A stretch of DNA of 64,000 nt. Source: an uncultured Nitrososphaeraceae archaeon. GTDB taxonomy: Archaea > Thermoproteota > Nitrososphaeria > Nitrososphaerales > Nitrososphaeraceae. The notes beneath the pieces are model-generated. The model was given only the letters and a program-made list of their open reading frames with translations. It ran no database searches and was not told the DNA's origin. A program made the translations under genes and the position numbers. The stretch's first letter is position 1. Each line of letters opens with the position of its first letter. Positions 1-10,879 of the stretch are shown piece by piece. The stretch spans positions 1 to 64,000 of the forward strand of contig CAWIMJ010000047.1 of the NCBI GenBank assembly GCA_963837175.1. Reading direction: 5' to 3'.

Positions 1-201
1 GCTGTCCGACAGGGCACGCTGAGCAGCTAAGCTGCTTAGGATAACTCCTGAAAGCATCTAAGGAGGAAGCCTTTCCCGAGAAAAGACAGCCTTCCGTAAG
101 GAGGAGGGCGGCTATAGAAGATGGCGTTGATGGGATGGAGGTGTAAGCATCAAGCTATGGCGAGATGTTCAGCCTGCCATTTCCAATAGCCCAAGGCACC
201 T
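1..201 (+). rRNA. rrl: 23S rRNA, 3' terminal portion (truncated by window start)
   Basis: GC-rich segment with conserved LSU 3' motifs (GGATAAC..CTGAAAGCATCTAAG..GAAGCC; GTTGATGGG..GGAGGTGTAAGC), then an abrupt drop to AT-rich DNA; 3' end approximate. Confidence 0.9.
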
Positions 202-864
202 GAAAGTTGTGGAATCAAAAATGCAAGATACTAATGTTAATCATGAAATACGTAGAGAGCATGTGTTAAGCATTCATTGTTGATCTTATATATGATATTC
301 ATTATTTACATCCACAGTTTTTTATTTTTGAAATAGCGTACTTGTTCTTATGGTTGAATTAGTGACTTGGAACAAGTGATCAACTGATCTTCAGTGATTA
401 GTTTAGTTGATGATACCTAATGAAATGGTTTCTACCATTTTCATTCCCTCAATAATAAGTAAATTATCAGCAATTAAAATTCGAAATTGCATAAGAATTA
501 AAATCTATTATTTATGGAATTAATATCGGTCTAAACATATTATATTTACTTTTTTTACAATATCCCAGCTCATTTGTAGTTCCACTTATCTTTAAATTTA
601 ATAATTTAGATTAAGCTGCCTAGTGAATACAATATATATAGATATATTATATATATCGAACAATAGGAAGAGAGCAATTAAATGGTAACAGAAAGTACTC
701 CAATCACCGTGATGTTTGCTATTTCTGGCTTTTTCGGAATTGCACTCCTTGTCTCGGCAATAATAACTATAAAAGGTAATCGATTTAATAAAAGAACAAA
801 AAGAATAAGCCAACGACCATTAGAATAGCTCGAACATCTTATTACAAAAGGTATACCGCAAAAA

Positions 865-1890
865 ATGTCACGTGTCATCTGTTTTTCCCATAGAGAAGAT
901 GTTGACGGTTTATCTTCCGCTGCCTTGATAAAAGCTGCTTTCAAAGCGAAATCTGTCATACTTGTTGATTATTCAAATCTGATTTATAATCTGCAAAAAT
1001 TCATAGAATCATTATCTTTACCGTCCTCGCCAGACTTTGGATTGTCTAACAAAGTGTTTATATGTGATTTAGGATTGAACAAGAAAAACGAAAAAATTTT
1101 TATCGATCTTCTTGGAAAACTCATAGCTAAAGGATGTAAGGTAACGTATATAGATCACCACGATCTGAATAAAGAGGTTGCAGCAGCTTTAAAACGTCTT
1201 GGCGTTGTACTCGTCCACTCACTTGAAGAATGTACCAGTATATTAGTATACAATAAATACAAAAAGAAATTCAAAACAGACGCTGCGTTTTTCGCAGCAG
1301 CCGGTGCGTTGACTGATTACATGGAAAATCGACCACTTGCAGCCGCCATCGTTTCAAGATTTGATAGACAATTCTTGATGCTACAATCTACAGCACTTTC
1401 ATATATGATTTCTGCCAATCAGCATAACGATGCATTTCTAATTCAGATTGTTGATACTCTTTCTCAAATGAAATATCCACACGAGATAGAAGGCGGATTT
1501 TCGATAGCCGAAAAATATGCAAAAAAAGTTTCAGAGACTGTAAAATCCATAGAGCATTCTATAATAAGACTGGAAAATCTAGCATATGCTAGGAGCACAG
1601 GCGAGTTATCTGCAAGTGTGATTGTAAATTTTGTTTTAGGTGCATCCGAGAAACCTGTGGCGATGGTTTATAAATTGAAGGAAGATATCAATTCTTTCGT
1701 CATTTCTATTCGAGGATCAAAAGATTGTAAAGTTCATCTTGGAAAGTTAGTTAATCATATTGCAACCGAGGTGGGTGGCAGCGGAGGAGGACATGAGAGG
1801 GCAAGTGGTGCTGTAGTTCCGAAAGGTAAACTTGATGAATTTATAGAGTTACTCGATGCACGTATTTCTAATCTTCAAGAGGCAAAATAG
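865..1890 (+). CDS. DHH/DHHA1 family phosphoesterase (RecJ/NrnA-like)
   Basis: Motifs HREDVDG, ICDLG, YIDHH and C-terminal GGSGGGHERASG (DHHA1). Confidence 0.85.
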   Translation: MSRVICFSHREDVDGLSSAALIKAAFKAKSVILVDYSNLIYNLQKFIESLSLPSSPDFGLSNKVFICDLGLNKKNEKIFIDLLGKLIAKGCKVTYIDHHDLNKEVAAALKRLGVVLVHSLEECTSILVYNKYKKKFKTDAAFFAAAGALTDYMENRPLAAAIVSRFDRQFLMLQSTALSYMISANQHNDAFLIQIVDTLSQMKYPHEIEGGFSIAEKYAKKVSETVKSIEHSIIRLENLAYARSTGELSASVIVNFVLGASEKPVAMVYKLKEDINSFVISIRGSKDCKVHLGKLVNHIATEVGGSGGGHERASGAVVPKGKLDEFIELLDARISNLQEAK

Positions 1891-2471
1891 CTACTATTTG
1901 TTCCGTAATTATTATTGTATAATGACAAATTATGTGTTATGAGGAATAACCACCGTATCCACTAAGCTGTTTGTTACAACATATAATATTATTAAACTAA
2001 CTAAATAATCTGTACTTCTGTCCGACAAGAGTATGTTCTAATTGTTAAATCTCGATTTCACTTATACACCTATACAATGTGTATCTATTGTCTTCAATAT
2101 CGTCGCCAAATCAAATGATATTAATTCTCAATGACATTAATTGTTTTTGTCTCAAGAAAATTGACTACTTTAAATGAATCTGTTTTAATCTATAAATAAT
2201 ATCAAACAAATACCAACATTTTATCGATATCAGTTTATTTGCTGTCAAAATAATTACAAACCAGAGCAATACCACACATTTACATTTCATCCTAGCTATA
2301 GCTCTAAATATGACATTATGAATTAGAGATAATTGCTTTAAATGGAATCAAGAAGGTTCGTTTGTTTTGCAATTCTTCATAATTTTTTCATAGATACGTT
2401 GCTAGAATAGGCATATCTTGGCTTCGACAAAGATAAGATTTTAAAGCACATCGTTAGCACTTAAAATTGGA

Positions 2472-4598
2472 GTGGGAATAGCAAAACTCGCAAAGATTAC
2501 GCTAATTCTTCCTAGAGTCGAGTCTGCTCAGGCTATTAGCAGACTTGCGGAATTTCAATGGTTTCATCCTCTATCGACATCTTCCGAACATTCAGAGCCG
2601 AATTTGGATAATTTACTATTACGCTCTCAGAAGTTATATCAGAGTGTAGATGAAATTGTTCGATCTCTTGGAATCCAGGTAAGCATTGGCATAATCGATA
2701 CCATGATTAAAGGTGCAAAGAAAGAAAAGAAAGAGTTTAAGGTAGCTGAGTTAGAGTCTTTAATTGTCAAGCTTGAAGTAGAATCAAAAACCCTTGTTGA
2801 AGAATCCCTGGCCGTACTTAACGAACAGGCGTTGCTAAAAAGACAACTAGAAGAATTCAACACATTGAAAGATGCTCTAAATGTAGTATCTGGATTACAA
2901 GTTAACTTGAATAGGATAGGCGAAGGCAGATGGTTTTATTCTTCTATGTATATAATTAACACAAAGGATTTCCCAGAAATTCAACGCTCTCTTCCTGAGA
3001 TTGCTCTTATCACTATTCAGCTAAATGATTTTGAATCTGCTTTGTTCGCTGTAAGTGCTAAAGATGAAGCAGACAGAATTAATAAAGTAATTAGAAGCTT
3101 TGACGCAAATCCATTTGTTATCCCTCCTAACCTTCCACAGAATCCTAAATCTGCATATGAATATGTACTTGCTAAGATTAGTGAACTAATCAAAAAGAAG
3201 AAGGAAGTTGATAGCCAAATTACTAAGATTACTGCTGATATTACTCCAAAAATACTTTCTGTACATGAAGGTGCAAAAGTGTCAAGAGATGTTCTTGAAA
3301 CTCTTCGAAAACCAGGTGGTCTGAGAAAATTTGCAATAATTCAAGGATTCATTCCAGATATAATGGCTGCAAAATTTAGGAGAGTCACAAACAAATGGTT
3401 TACAATTGTAGAGGACGTTCCAGAGTCTGAATATTTGAATAATCAAGGAGATAATGGAATGAAAAAGGACGATCCTCAATCAAAGCCCACCTTGTTTGTA
3501 AACGGCCGTTATTTGAGGTCTTTTGAACCAATTACTCTTACCCAAGGTCTTCCAAAGCCCGGCGAATTGGATCCAACACCTATGATAGCCTTTATCTTTC
3601 CTATTTTATATGGACTAATGTTTGGTGACTTAGGCCAGGGAGCGATAATAGCATCAGTTGGTGCACTTTTTAGAATTCGTGGAGTTGGAAGTCTCAGACA
3701 ATGGGGTACTCTTCTACTAGCATGTGGTATATCTGCAATGATTGTAGGTCTTATTGTTGGAGAAGCATTCGGTTGGCACATCAGGGAAATGCCAGGAGGA
3801 GAGGTATTAAAATCAACTGGTTTTATTGGAATATTAAATGCGGCAGAATTTACACAGCAGAACGTTTTGACTATCCTTACAATCTCTATTAACATTGGAA
3901 TTCTGCATCTGATCAGCGCTTTTAGTCTAAGTATATACAAAGGTGTAAAGGAAGGGAAAACATTTGAAGTTCTAACGCAGCGTGTCCCCGTTCTTATTAT
4001 GTATATGTCTATAATATCGATTATGCTTGCAGCTGTAGGGGCAAACTATCAGGTTTTAGAAATGTTTAGTAGCCAAAATCCTACTCCACTTTTCTCTAAT
4101 ATTGCCGGAGACTGGGTGACTGTCGAACTTACAGCAAAGATCGCTTTTCCTATATTGTTAGGAAGTATGGTCATACAAATTATTGCAATACCTCTTGGGG
4201 CCAAACTCGGAAAGATACACGTTCATGGAAGTGTTGGTGAGGAGCTGTTCATGACGGTGATAGAAGTAATGTTAATTAGGTTAGTAGAACTTTTTGCAAA
4301 TACTATAAGTTACACAAGAATAGGTATCATGTTGCTTGTGCATGTAGCCTTAATGGGTACTGCTAATGGAGGCGTTGAATTCTTTATGTCAGAGGGTAAT
4401 CCTGGAATTGCTATAGGGTTACTAATTTTAGGTAATATAGGAGTCATGATGATGGAAGGGTTACTTGTCTACATCCAAGCACTCAGATTACATCTTTATG
4501 AATGGTTTACGAAATTCTATGAAGGTTCTGGAACTTCTTTTAAAAAAATTGTCCCAGAATTGCTCTATACTAGCATTATTTGGGAAACAAGCGTGTGA
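2472..4598 (+). CDS. atpI: A/V-type ATP synthase subunit I (a)
   Basis: Soluble N-half plus membrane C-half with ELDPTP, GLMFGDLGQG, NTISYTRI, QALRLHLYEWFTKFYEG; GTG start. Confidence 0.93.
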   Translation: MGIAKLAKITLILPRVESAQAISRLAEFQWFHPLSTSSEHSEPNLDNLLLRSQKLYQSVDEIVRSLGIQVSIGIIDTMIKGAKKEKKEFKVAELESLIVKLEVESKTLVEESLAVLNEQALLKRQLEEFNTLKDALNVVSGLQVNLNRIGEGRWFYSSMYIINTKDFPEIQRSLPEIALITIQLNDFESALFAVSAKDEADRINKVIRSFDANPFVIPPNLPQNPKSAYEYVLAKISELIKKKKEVDSQITKITADITPKILSVHEGAKVSRDVLETLRKPGGLRKFAIIQGFIPDIMAAKFRRVTNKWFTIVEDVPESEYLNNQGDNGMKKDDPQSKPTLFVNGRYLRSFEPITLTQGLPKPGELDPTPMIAFIFPILYGLMFGDLGQGAIIASVGALFRIRGVGSLRQWGTLLLACGISAMIVGLIVGEAFGWHIREMPGGEVLKSTGFIGILNAAEFTQQNVLTILTISINIGILHLISAFSLSIYKGVKEGKTFEVLTQRVPVLIMYMSIISIMLAAVGANYQVLEMFSSQNPTPLFSNIAGDWVTVELTAKIAFPILLGSMVIQIIAIPLGAKLGKIHVHGSVGEELFMTVIEVMLIRLVELFANTISYTRIGIMLLVHVALMGTANGGVEFFMSEGNPGIAIGLLILGNIGVMMMEGLLVYIQALRLHLYEWFTKFYEGSGTSFKKIVPELLYTSIIWETSV

Positions 4599-4637
4599 TA
4601 AGATAGGTTCAAAGGTTGATAAGATAGGTTCAAAGGT
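4596..4637 (+). repeat. Perfect 2 x 21-bp tandem duplication TGATAAGATAGGTTCAAAGGT beginning at the atpI stop codon
   Basis: Copies at 4596-4616 and 4617-4637 read directly. Confidence 0.9.
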
Positions 4638-4652
4638 GTAAATCTAAAAGCA

Positions 4653-4687
4653 CCTGGTTAAAGTATAACTGCTATACTTTAACCAGG
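4653..4687. repeat. Perfect 15-bp inverted repeat (hairpin) downstream of atpI; possible terminator or 3' stabilising element
   Basis: CCTGGTTAAAGTATA-actgc-TATACTTTAACCAGG. Confidence 0.75.
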
Positions 4688-5311
4688 ATTTTGTTCCCCA
4701 TCGGTTTGGTCGATGTACGCAATACTTAAATGAATACTAATTTAAATGTGCTGCCACGATAAACACGTAAGATGTAAGAATATTTCTTTTGGAACGAAAT
4801 ATCTTAAATGTGGTCTTTAGTTTTATTATTATAAATTAATATATTTATTAAAATCTATTGTATAAATGATAGTTCGGGAAGGATATCCATACCAATAAAC
4901 CCATGATAGATGATTCAATTTTCAATTCGAATTGATGCATTACCTATATTCAACAATCGCCTTTTTTTCTCAATTGTTTATTATATCCTATGATCTTGTA
5001 CGTACGCGAAGTATAGGTTAGGTTCAATGAAGTTTATATCAGCTAATCCTTAGTATAGGCCTGCTTGGCCACGGTAAGTGAAATTCTCTACTAATGCCTA
5101 TTTCTATCGCAAATCCCAATGTGTTTTCTCACGAGGGTCTAGATATCATATGCTCTATTGGAGATACTATCTCTATCTTACGAAGGTTCTTCTACTCATT
5201 CACATCACGTGATGCGTTGTCATGCAGTTCTGAACTTGTATTGAAGAGCGGCATTTAAGACTATTTAACGACTTATCATGAAAGATAAAAATACCTATGG
5301 TTTATATTTTC

Positions 5312-5986
5312 TTAGACTTGGTTGAATCCCAAGGCGAGATCTAATAGTTTTTCTGACCAATTTTTTGCCTTTACAACACTGCTCGCGACCAATATTCCAT
5401 CTGCACCCAACTCAAGCGCACTAATCACATCACTTTTGTCTGTTATTCCAGCGCCACAAATCATCTTAGTTGAGGTAGAATTCTTTGAAAGTGCTTGTAA
5501 AGAATCAGTAATAATCAATGGATTGACCTTTGAAACTGCCTTTCCTGAACCTATCAATTCTGGCGGCTCAACAGCAATAAAAGTGGGTGATAGATCAGCT
5601 AATACCTCAACTTCTTGAGCGGTTTGTGCGCATACTACAGAAAGCATTTTTAATTGATGTAAACGCTCTACTATATTCCTTATAGCGTTGCTATTTAACC
5701 GATGTTCACTGTGGTTTATGAGGGAGCCGACTGCTCCATATGAGTTTGCTATCTCTGCGACAAAGAAACCAGTCGTTGAACCAATCTGTGAGTCATCTAC
5801 ATGCTGACATATAACAGGAAGCTTAACATTCTGTATTACAGCTGACAGTGAGGGTTGTGGTGGTGCAATTACAATTTCTACCTGAAGATTATCTGCTATT
5901 TGCTCAGCGACTTTTGCGAGTCTAATAGTGTCATGGGCAGAAACTTCAAGATAGTTTTTAAAATTAATGATGAGAGGTCTTTTCAC
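5312..5986 (-). CDS. tpiA: Triosephosphate isomerase (archaeal type)
   Basis: IINFKNY, LINHSEH, AVEPPELIGSG, CGAGI; likely GTG start at 5986 (ORF track extends to 6034). Confidence 0.93.
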   Translation of the reverse strand: MKRPLIINFKNYLEVSAHDTIRLAKVAEQIADNLQVEIVIAPPQPSLSAVIQNVKLPVICQHVDDSQIGSTTGFFVAEIANSYGAVGSLINHSEHRLNSNAIRNIVERLHQLKMLSVVCAQTAQEVEVLADLSPTFIAVEPPELIGSGKAVSKVNPLIITDSLQALSKNSTSTKMICGAGITDKSDVISALELGADGILVASSVVKAKNWSEKLLDLALGFNQV

Positions 5987-7117
5987 CTTTAGCCATCTCT
6001 TTTTGTCTTCCTCTTTTCTCATGTTGGACACCATCTATATCTTTAAATTTTTCGTTCAACTTGGACATTCTAGCTTCATATCCTTTATTGTATTCCAACT
6101 CCTCAGGAACCAATGTAGCTGGGTGAATGAAACCTTGGTTCCGCATAAGCATCGCTCTTTCAGATGCCCAGATCCTCTGCAAATCCCAATCTACTGTGCC
6201 AAACCCATCATGTGGGCCTGTAAGTCTGCCATTATGCATACTAAATACTAAGCATGACACAATGGGTATGGAATAGTTTAGACTTGCAGCAGAATTCAAT
6301 TTGACCGGCATAAGTGGCATATGATGACTTCCTCGGGTGTTTCCTGCGACATAGTGTGGATCATTAAACGCACTGCCTGCTTCCTCAGTAGCCGGAAAGT
6401 TCTTTTGAGTTCTAACAATGGCTATCGGGTCATCTTTTCCGACATATGTGCCAGCGATATTATGTAATCTATCTGTAGATGCCGATAAGATCTGCTCACC
6501 ATCTGAGGATATCACAGAATGAACAACATATCTGCCGGGTACATTAAAGAAGCTTCCAGTTCTGGTTTGTCTTCCCACATTTTAAGATCCGCGATTTTGC
6601 CGTTCATAACGTCCAATATCCTGACAGTTACACCGGATGCGAGCTTCTCATTGATAAGAAGACCAGTGTTACTTCTTGCATCAACAAATATTCTCCAAAA
6701 CGGAAAGTTAAAAGCACCTGGTTCGGTCTTATCAGCAGCAAATATACAAAAGACTTCACTTGGTCTTTCCTCCATTTCTATTTCAGCTACACCCGGTCCC
6801 ATCCCTTTTACATTTCCTGAAAACGCGTCCTTAAGCAAGTCCTGACCAGCGCCATATAGGCCCTGTTCTTTTGCAACCTTAGTTCCTTCAGTAAAAGCAT
6901 CCCAAGCGAGTTTGTGAATCTGTTTATTATCAATACCTAGCGTGTGGGTCATGATAATGTGAATATCATCTCCCGTGAAACCAATATAATAGTCGATTAA
7001 CAAATCTGATCTGTTTGAAATAAAATTCTTTACAGTTTCAACAAGCTCTTCGCTTGGACGAGTATGTCCACCGATTCCTCCTATGTCTGCTTTAATTGCT
7101 GATAATGTTATTCGCAT
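5964..7117 (-). CDS. fbp: Bifunctional fructose-1,6-bisphosphate aldolase/phosphatase, split by a 1-nt deletion near 6537 (probable sequencing error)
   Basis: IKADIGGIGGH, YGAGQDLL, ADKTEPGAFN in ORF 6512-7117; YVGKDDP, GNTRGSHHMPLMP in ORF 5964-6578; junction should read MYP-GRYVV. Confidence 0.92.
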
Positions 7118-7645
7118 AACGAGAGTTCATTATCTTGCTGTTTAAAAATATTCGGATTTATATAAAAGGTCAGTATCGATATATCAACAAGAAAACAGAC
7201 TAAATGAAATGTATTGAATGTTATCAATTTGTTATTCAAGCTAATAGCATAGCAATAGACTATGTCGCATTATAATGAATTCTGACTCTCTACAACTTAA
7301 ATTATGTAGAATTAAGACAGGGTCCCACTTCTGATTGTATTTTGTTACTAGAAGGTTCTGCGTGAAAATTAGATTATGTAAAAATATCGTCTGAATATAA
7401 ATATAAGATCCAAATTATTTGACAGGATTTTGCATGTTACGTGCATTTGTAGATCAATAATGGCGCAGATGATCTCTCATTCCATCTGACTTGACAGATT
7501 GTGATTGTATGCTCATCCAACTTAATATGGTCATAATTGGCAAACAAATATCTAAAATCTATCATACCATATGCTGTCAAAATCATTAGCAAACGGATAA
7601 CTTTAAGAGTAATAATTTAAATGCAGTTCCATACATATTGAATAT

Positions 7646-8645
7646 ATGCGAAATCCCTTTCGGCGCTCTGGATCGCCTTATGAACGAAGAAGGACTACTG
7701 CTGAAGGAGAGCCGCTTGAAAATGTAGGTGGCCGTCCGTTTGTTCGAATAGTAATTCCTGCTATAATAGGCATTATAATATTATTGTTTATTGTTAGTGC
7801 CAGTGTAAAGATAGTTGATGCAGGCTATAGAGGTGTTTTATTAAAATTTGGTGCTGTAGATACAAGTGTAGCATTAAATGAAGGAATACACTTTGTAACA
7901 CCTTTTCGTGATAGCGTAATTCAAATGGAAGTGAGAACCCAAAAGACAGTTGAAAATGCTGCTTCAGCATCAAAAGATTTGCAGGATGTCACTACACAAG
8001 TTGCACTAAATTATCGTATAAATCCGGATAGGGCACAAGTTGTTTACCAACAATTAGGTTTTGAATATGGTAATAGAGTAATTGCTCCAGCAATTCAAGA
8101 GTCTGTTAAACAAGTAACTGCTAGATTCAATGCAGAAGAACTCATTACAAAGAGAGAAACTGTAAAGAACCAAATAGAAGAACAGATCAAATCAAGACTA
8201 GCTCCCTATAATATCGTAGTTGATACCATATCTATAACAGAGTTCCAATTTTCAGATCAATTTAGAAAAGCAGTTGAAGCAAAAGTTGAAGCTCAGCAGA
8301 GAGCGTTACAAGCACAAAATGACTTGAGAAGGATAGAAATAGAGGCACAACAGAATGAAGCAAAAGCGGTAGGAGAACAAAAAGCTAACGTAGCTAGAGC
8401 CGATGGTATAAGACAGGCAAATGTTTTACAAGCTGAAGGAGAATCTCAGGCAATTAAGATAATTGACCAACAACTACGAACTAGTCCAACTTATTTAGAA
8501 TGGTTAAAGACTCAGAGATGGGATGGTAAATTGCCTCTGGTAACTGGTGGTGGTAGGGGGTGGTAGTGCAGGTACTACTCCGTTTATACAGATTCCCCCT
8601 GGCCGGACTACAGAAGCAAATGATAATGTCACTACATCAAGATGA
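7646..8645 (+). CDS. SPFH/prohibitin (band 7) family membrane protein; frameshift near 8555 in a Gly-codon run
   Basis: N-terminal TM helix, SASKDLQDV, ARFNAEELITKRE, coiled coil, RWDGKLP; shifted frame continues GSAGTTPFIQIP to TGA at 8643-8645. Confidence 0.85.
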
Positions 8646-8709
8646 ACACTTATCTAACCATTAGAAGCATCTGATAATTTGTTTTAAAGATCAATTTTTT
8701 GGAGAAATA

Positions 8710-9168
8710 TCATTTTCCGTTTTCTTCGTTGTTCAGTCGCAAATTCTTAACGTTAGTTCTAATATGATCAATTATAATGGACAATGCAGTTCCAGGCCCA
8801 AAGTTTCCTGTTATTCCTTGCTTTTCTAGAATTTGTTTGTCTCCTTCAGGTATAACACCTCCACCTACAATCAAAATATCTTCCATACCTCTTTCTTTTA
8901 ATAAACGTGCTACCTTTGGAAACAATGTTAGATGTGCTCCATTGAGCAAACTCATAGCAACGGCATCTACGTCTTCGTCAATCGCCGCCTTAGAAACCTG
9001 TTCAGGCGAACAAAATAGACCAGAGTAAATAACCTCCATACCAGCGTCTCTTAACGCCCTGCAGATTACCAATGCTCCTCGATCGTGACCATCAAGACCC
9101 AATTTAGATACAAGAACTCTTATTGGTCTTTGTCGTCTGTCTTGTTGTTGATGATCCTGTGCTGCCAT
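8710..9168 (-). CDS. Methylmalonyl-CoA mutase small (cobalamin-binding) subunit
   Basis: KLGLDGHDRGA B12-binding DxHxxG motif, SLLNGAH, GGGVIP; likely ATG at 9168. Confidence 0.92.
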   Translation of the reverse strand: MAAQDHQQQDRRQRPIRVLVSKLGLDGHDRGALVICRALRDAGMEVIYSGLFCSPEQVSKAAIDEDVDAVAMSLLNGAHLTLFPKVARLLKERGMEDILIVGGGVIPEGDKQILEKQGITGNFGPGTALSIIIDHIRTNVKNLRLNNEENGK

Positions 9169-9816
9169 GATTGGATAAAGATAATTTATCTTTAAAACCT
9201 TTATTATTTTTAAGTGATATGAATAGTAACCGATCATGTTTATTACTATATTATGACATTATAATCATTCAGAAAAATTATCTATTTCTTTTAAGAATTG
9301 AAATGTAAGAAAATTATATATTTATCACAGATTAAATCCAATGTTGGCTATACAACCGCAATACTTATGAATACATTACTGCGTTATTAATAGAAATAAG
9401 GAGTATTTCTTCTGGTTTTGGATTAGGATTGAACCTATAAACAAGAAATTAAGTTTTTAATATTTATCTTTCAGCAGAAAGAAATTGTGTTTTTTGCTGA
9501 GCAATTTCTGCGTTCCTTATTAAGAGAAATCCTGTAACACGCAGTTTCAATAGATGATTGTGTTGCTATTTGTTACAATTCTCAATCTTACAAGATTTTG
9601 AGAATAAAGCATAATCATATCACCTCCTTCCTCCATTCATTGTTTAAACAAGAAAAGAAAAGCATCGTAAAGAAAGAACAATTCATTACTTTAGATAGAT
9701 AGAACTGAATGTTTATTGATAATGATTACTTTCCATGTATAATAAAAATAAATGTAGATTAAAGCAGTTATTATAAGCTGCCTGGTCAATCTGTTTTTAT
9801 TGACTATTACAAAAAA

Positions 9817-9841
9817 GAAGTGTGACTGGTTAAGTTAACGG
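9817..9841. promoter_or_regulatory. Candidate operator, copy 1 (GAAGTGTGACTGGTTAAGTTAACGG), upstream of meaB-mcm
   Basis: 23/25 identity to 12764-12788; contains the dyad GTTAA-N-TTAAC. Confidence 0.55.
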
Positions 9842-9918
9842 CTCCCCTGCTTTTGATTTGATTATTAGATATGATATAACCATACACAGCCTCTATGAGA
9901 ACTGTTTAATATTGAGAA

Positions 9919-10869
9919 TTGGTCATTAATGGAATGCTTCCGATTGTTAAGGGCCTTATAGAAGGAGAAAGGCGTTCATTGTCAAGAGCTATTTCTATTG
10001 TTGATAATGATGAGCCTGATTCAAAAATTATTTTAAGACAAATATTTGATAAAACGGGCAATGCTAAAACAATAGGTTTTACAGGCCCTGGAGGAGCGGG
10101 CAAAAGTTCTATTATAGGAAAATTAGTCCCAGAATTGCAAGCTATGGGGTATAAAATGGCTATACTCGCAGTAGATCCTACAAGCCCAATAACAGGTGGA
10201 GCTATCTTAGGAGACAGAGTTAGAATGCAGAGAGTAATGGAAGATGAAAAGCTCTTTATGCGAAGTATGGGATCACGAGGTGCAGCCGGAGGGATTTCAA
10301 ACTCTGTTCGGAATGTGATTAGAGTATTGGATGTCGCTGGATATGATCTTATACTTGTAGAAAGTGTTGGAGCTGGACAGCTAGAGATAGAAATCTCTAA
10401 GATTGTAAATCTTACTGCAGTTGTGTTTACACCAAATACGGGCGACAATGTACAGGCTATAAAGGCAGGCTTATCAGAAATAGGAGATCTCTACATCATC
10501 AATAAGGGTGATTTAGAAGGCGCAACTACGTTGTTCAACTCTGTTTTAGATTTAATAGGAAACACAGAGAAAAAACCCACAGTGGTAAAAGTTTCAGCAA
10601 AGACAGGAAAGGGCATAAAGGAATTGGCATATATTATTGATAAATTGTTAAAGGCTGGAAAAATGCATTATAAAGAAAAAGAGAAAAAAATGATTGAAGC
10701 AGAGCTAAGAGATATGGTTTTAAATATGATTGATGAAAAAGTTTCATACATGTTAACCTCGAATAAAAAATACTACCATTTCATTGATAAATTAATAAGC
10801 AAAAAAACCGATCCATATCACGCTGCTAGACAATTAGCCGATGATATATTCCATGATATGCTGAGGTGA
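9919..10869 (+). CDS. meaB: Methylmalonyl-CoA mutase-associated GTPase MeaB/ArgK
   Basis: GPGGAGKS, AVDPTSPITGGAILGDRVRM, ESVGAGQ, NKGD; true start may be ATG 9934. Confidence 0.92.
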   Translation: MVINGMLPIVKGLIEGERRSLSRAISIVDNDEPDSKIILRQIFDKTGNAKTIGFTGPGGAGKSSIIGKLVPELQAMGYKMAILAVDPTSPITGGAILGDRVRMQRVMEDEKLFMRSMGSRGAAGGISNSVRNVIRVLDVAGYDLILVESVGAGQLEIEISKIVNLTAVVFTPNTGDNVQAIKAGLSEIGDLYIINKGDLEGATTLFNSVLDLIGNTEKKPTVVKVSAKTGKGIKELAYIIDKLLKAGKMHYKEKEKKMIEAELRDMVLNMIDEKVSYMLTSNKKYYHFIDKLISKKTDPYHAARQLADDIFHDMLR

Positions 10870-10879
10870 AAATGAAATT

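Noticed and set aside
202-860. 5S rRNA or tRNA after the 23S gene; ORFs 598-813 and 678-959
   Set aside because: AT-rich with no 5S or cloverleaf motifs (5S is usually unlinked in this phylum); the ORFs lack motifs and one is antisense to the DHH gene
4596-4637. Tandem 21-bp repeat as a CRISPR array
   Set aside because: Only two adjacent copies, no spacer, no cas genes
5203-5214. Perfect 12-bp palindrome CATCACGTGATG
   Set aside because: Single copy between convergent genes; a few such palindromes are expected by chance in 64 kb
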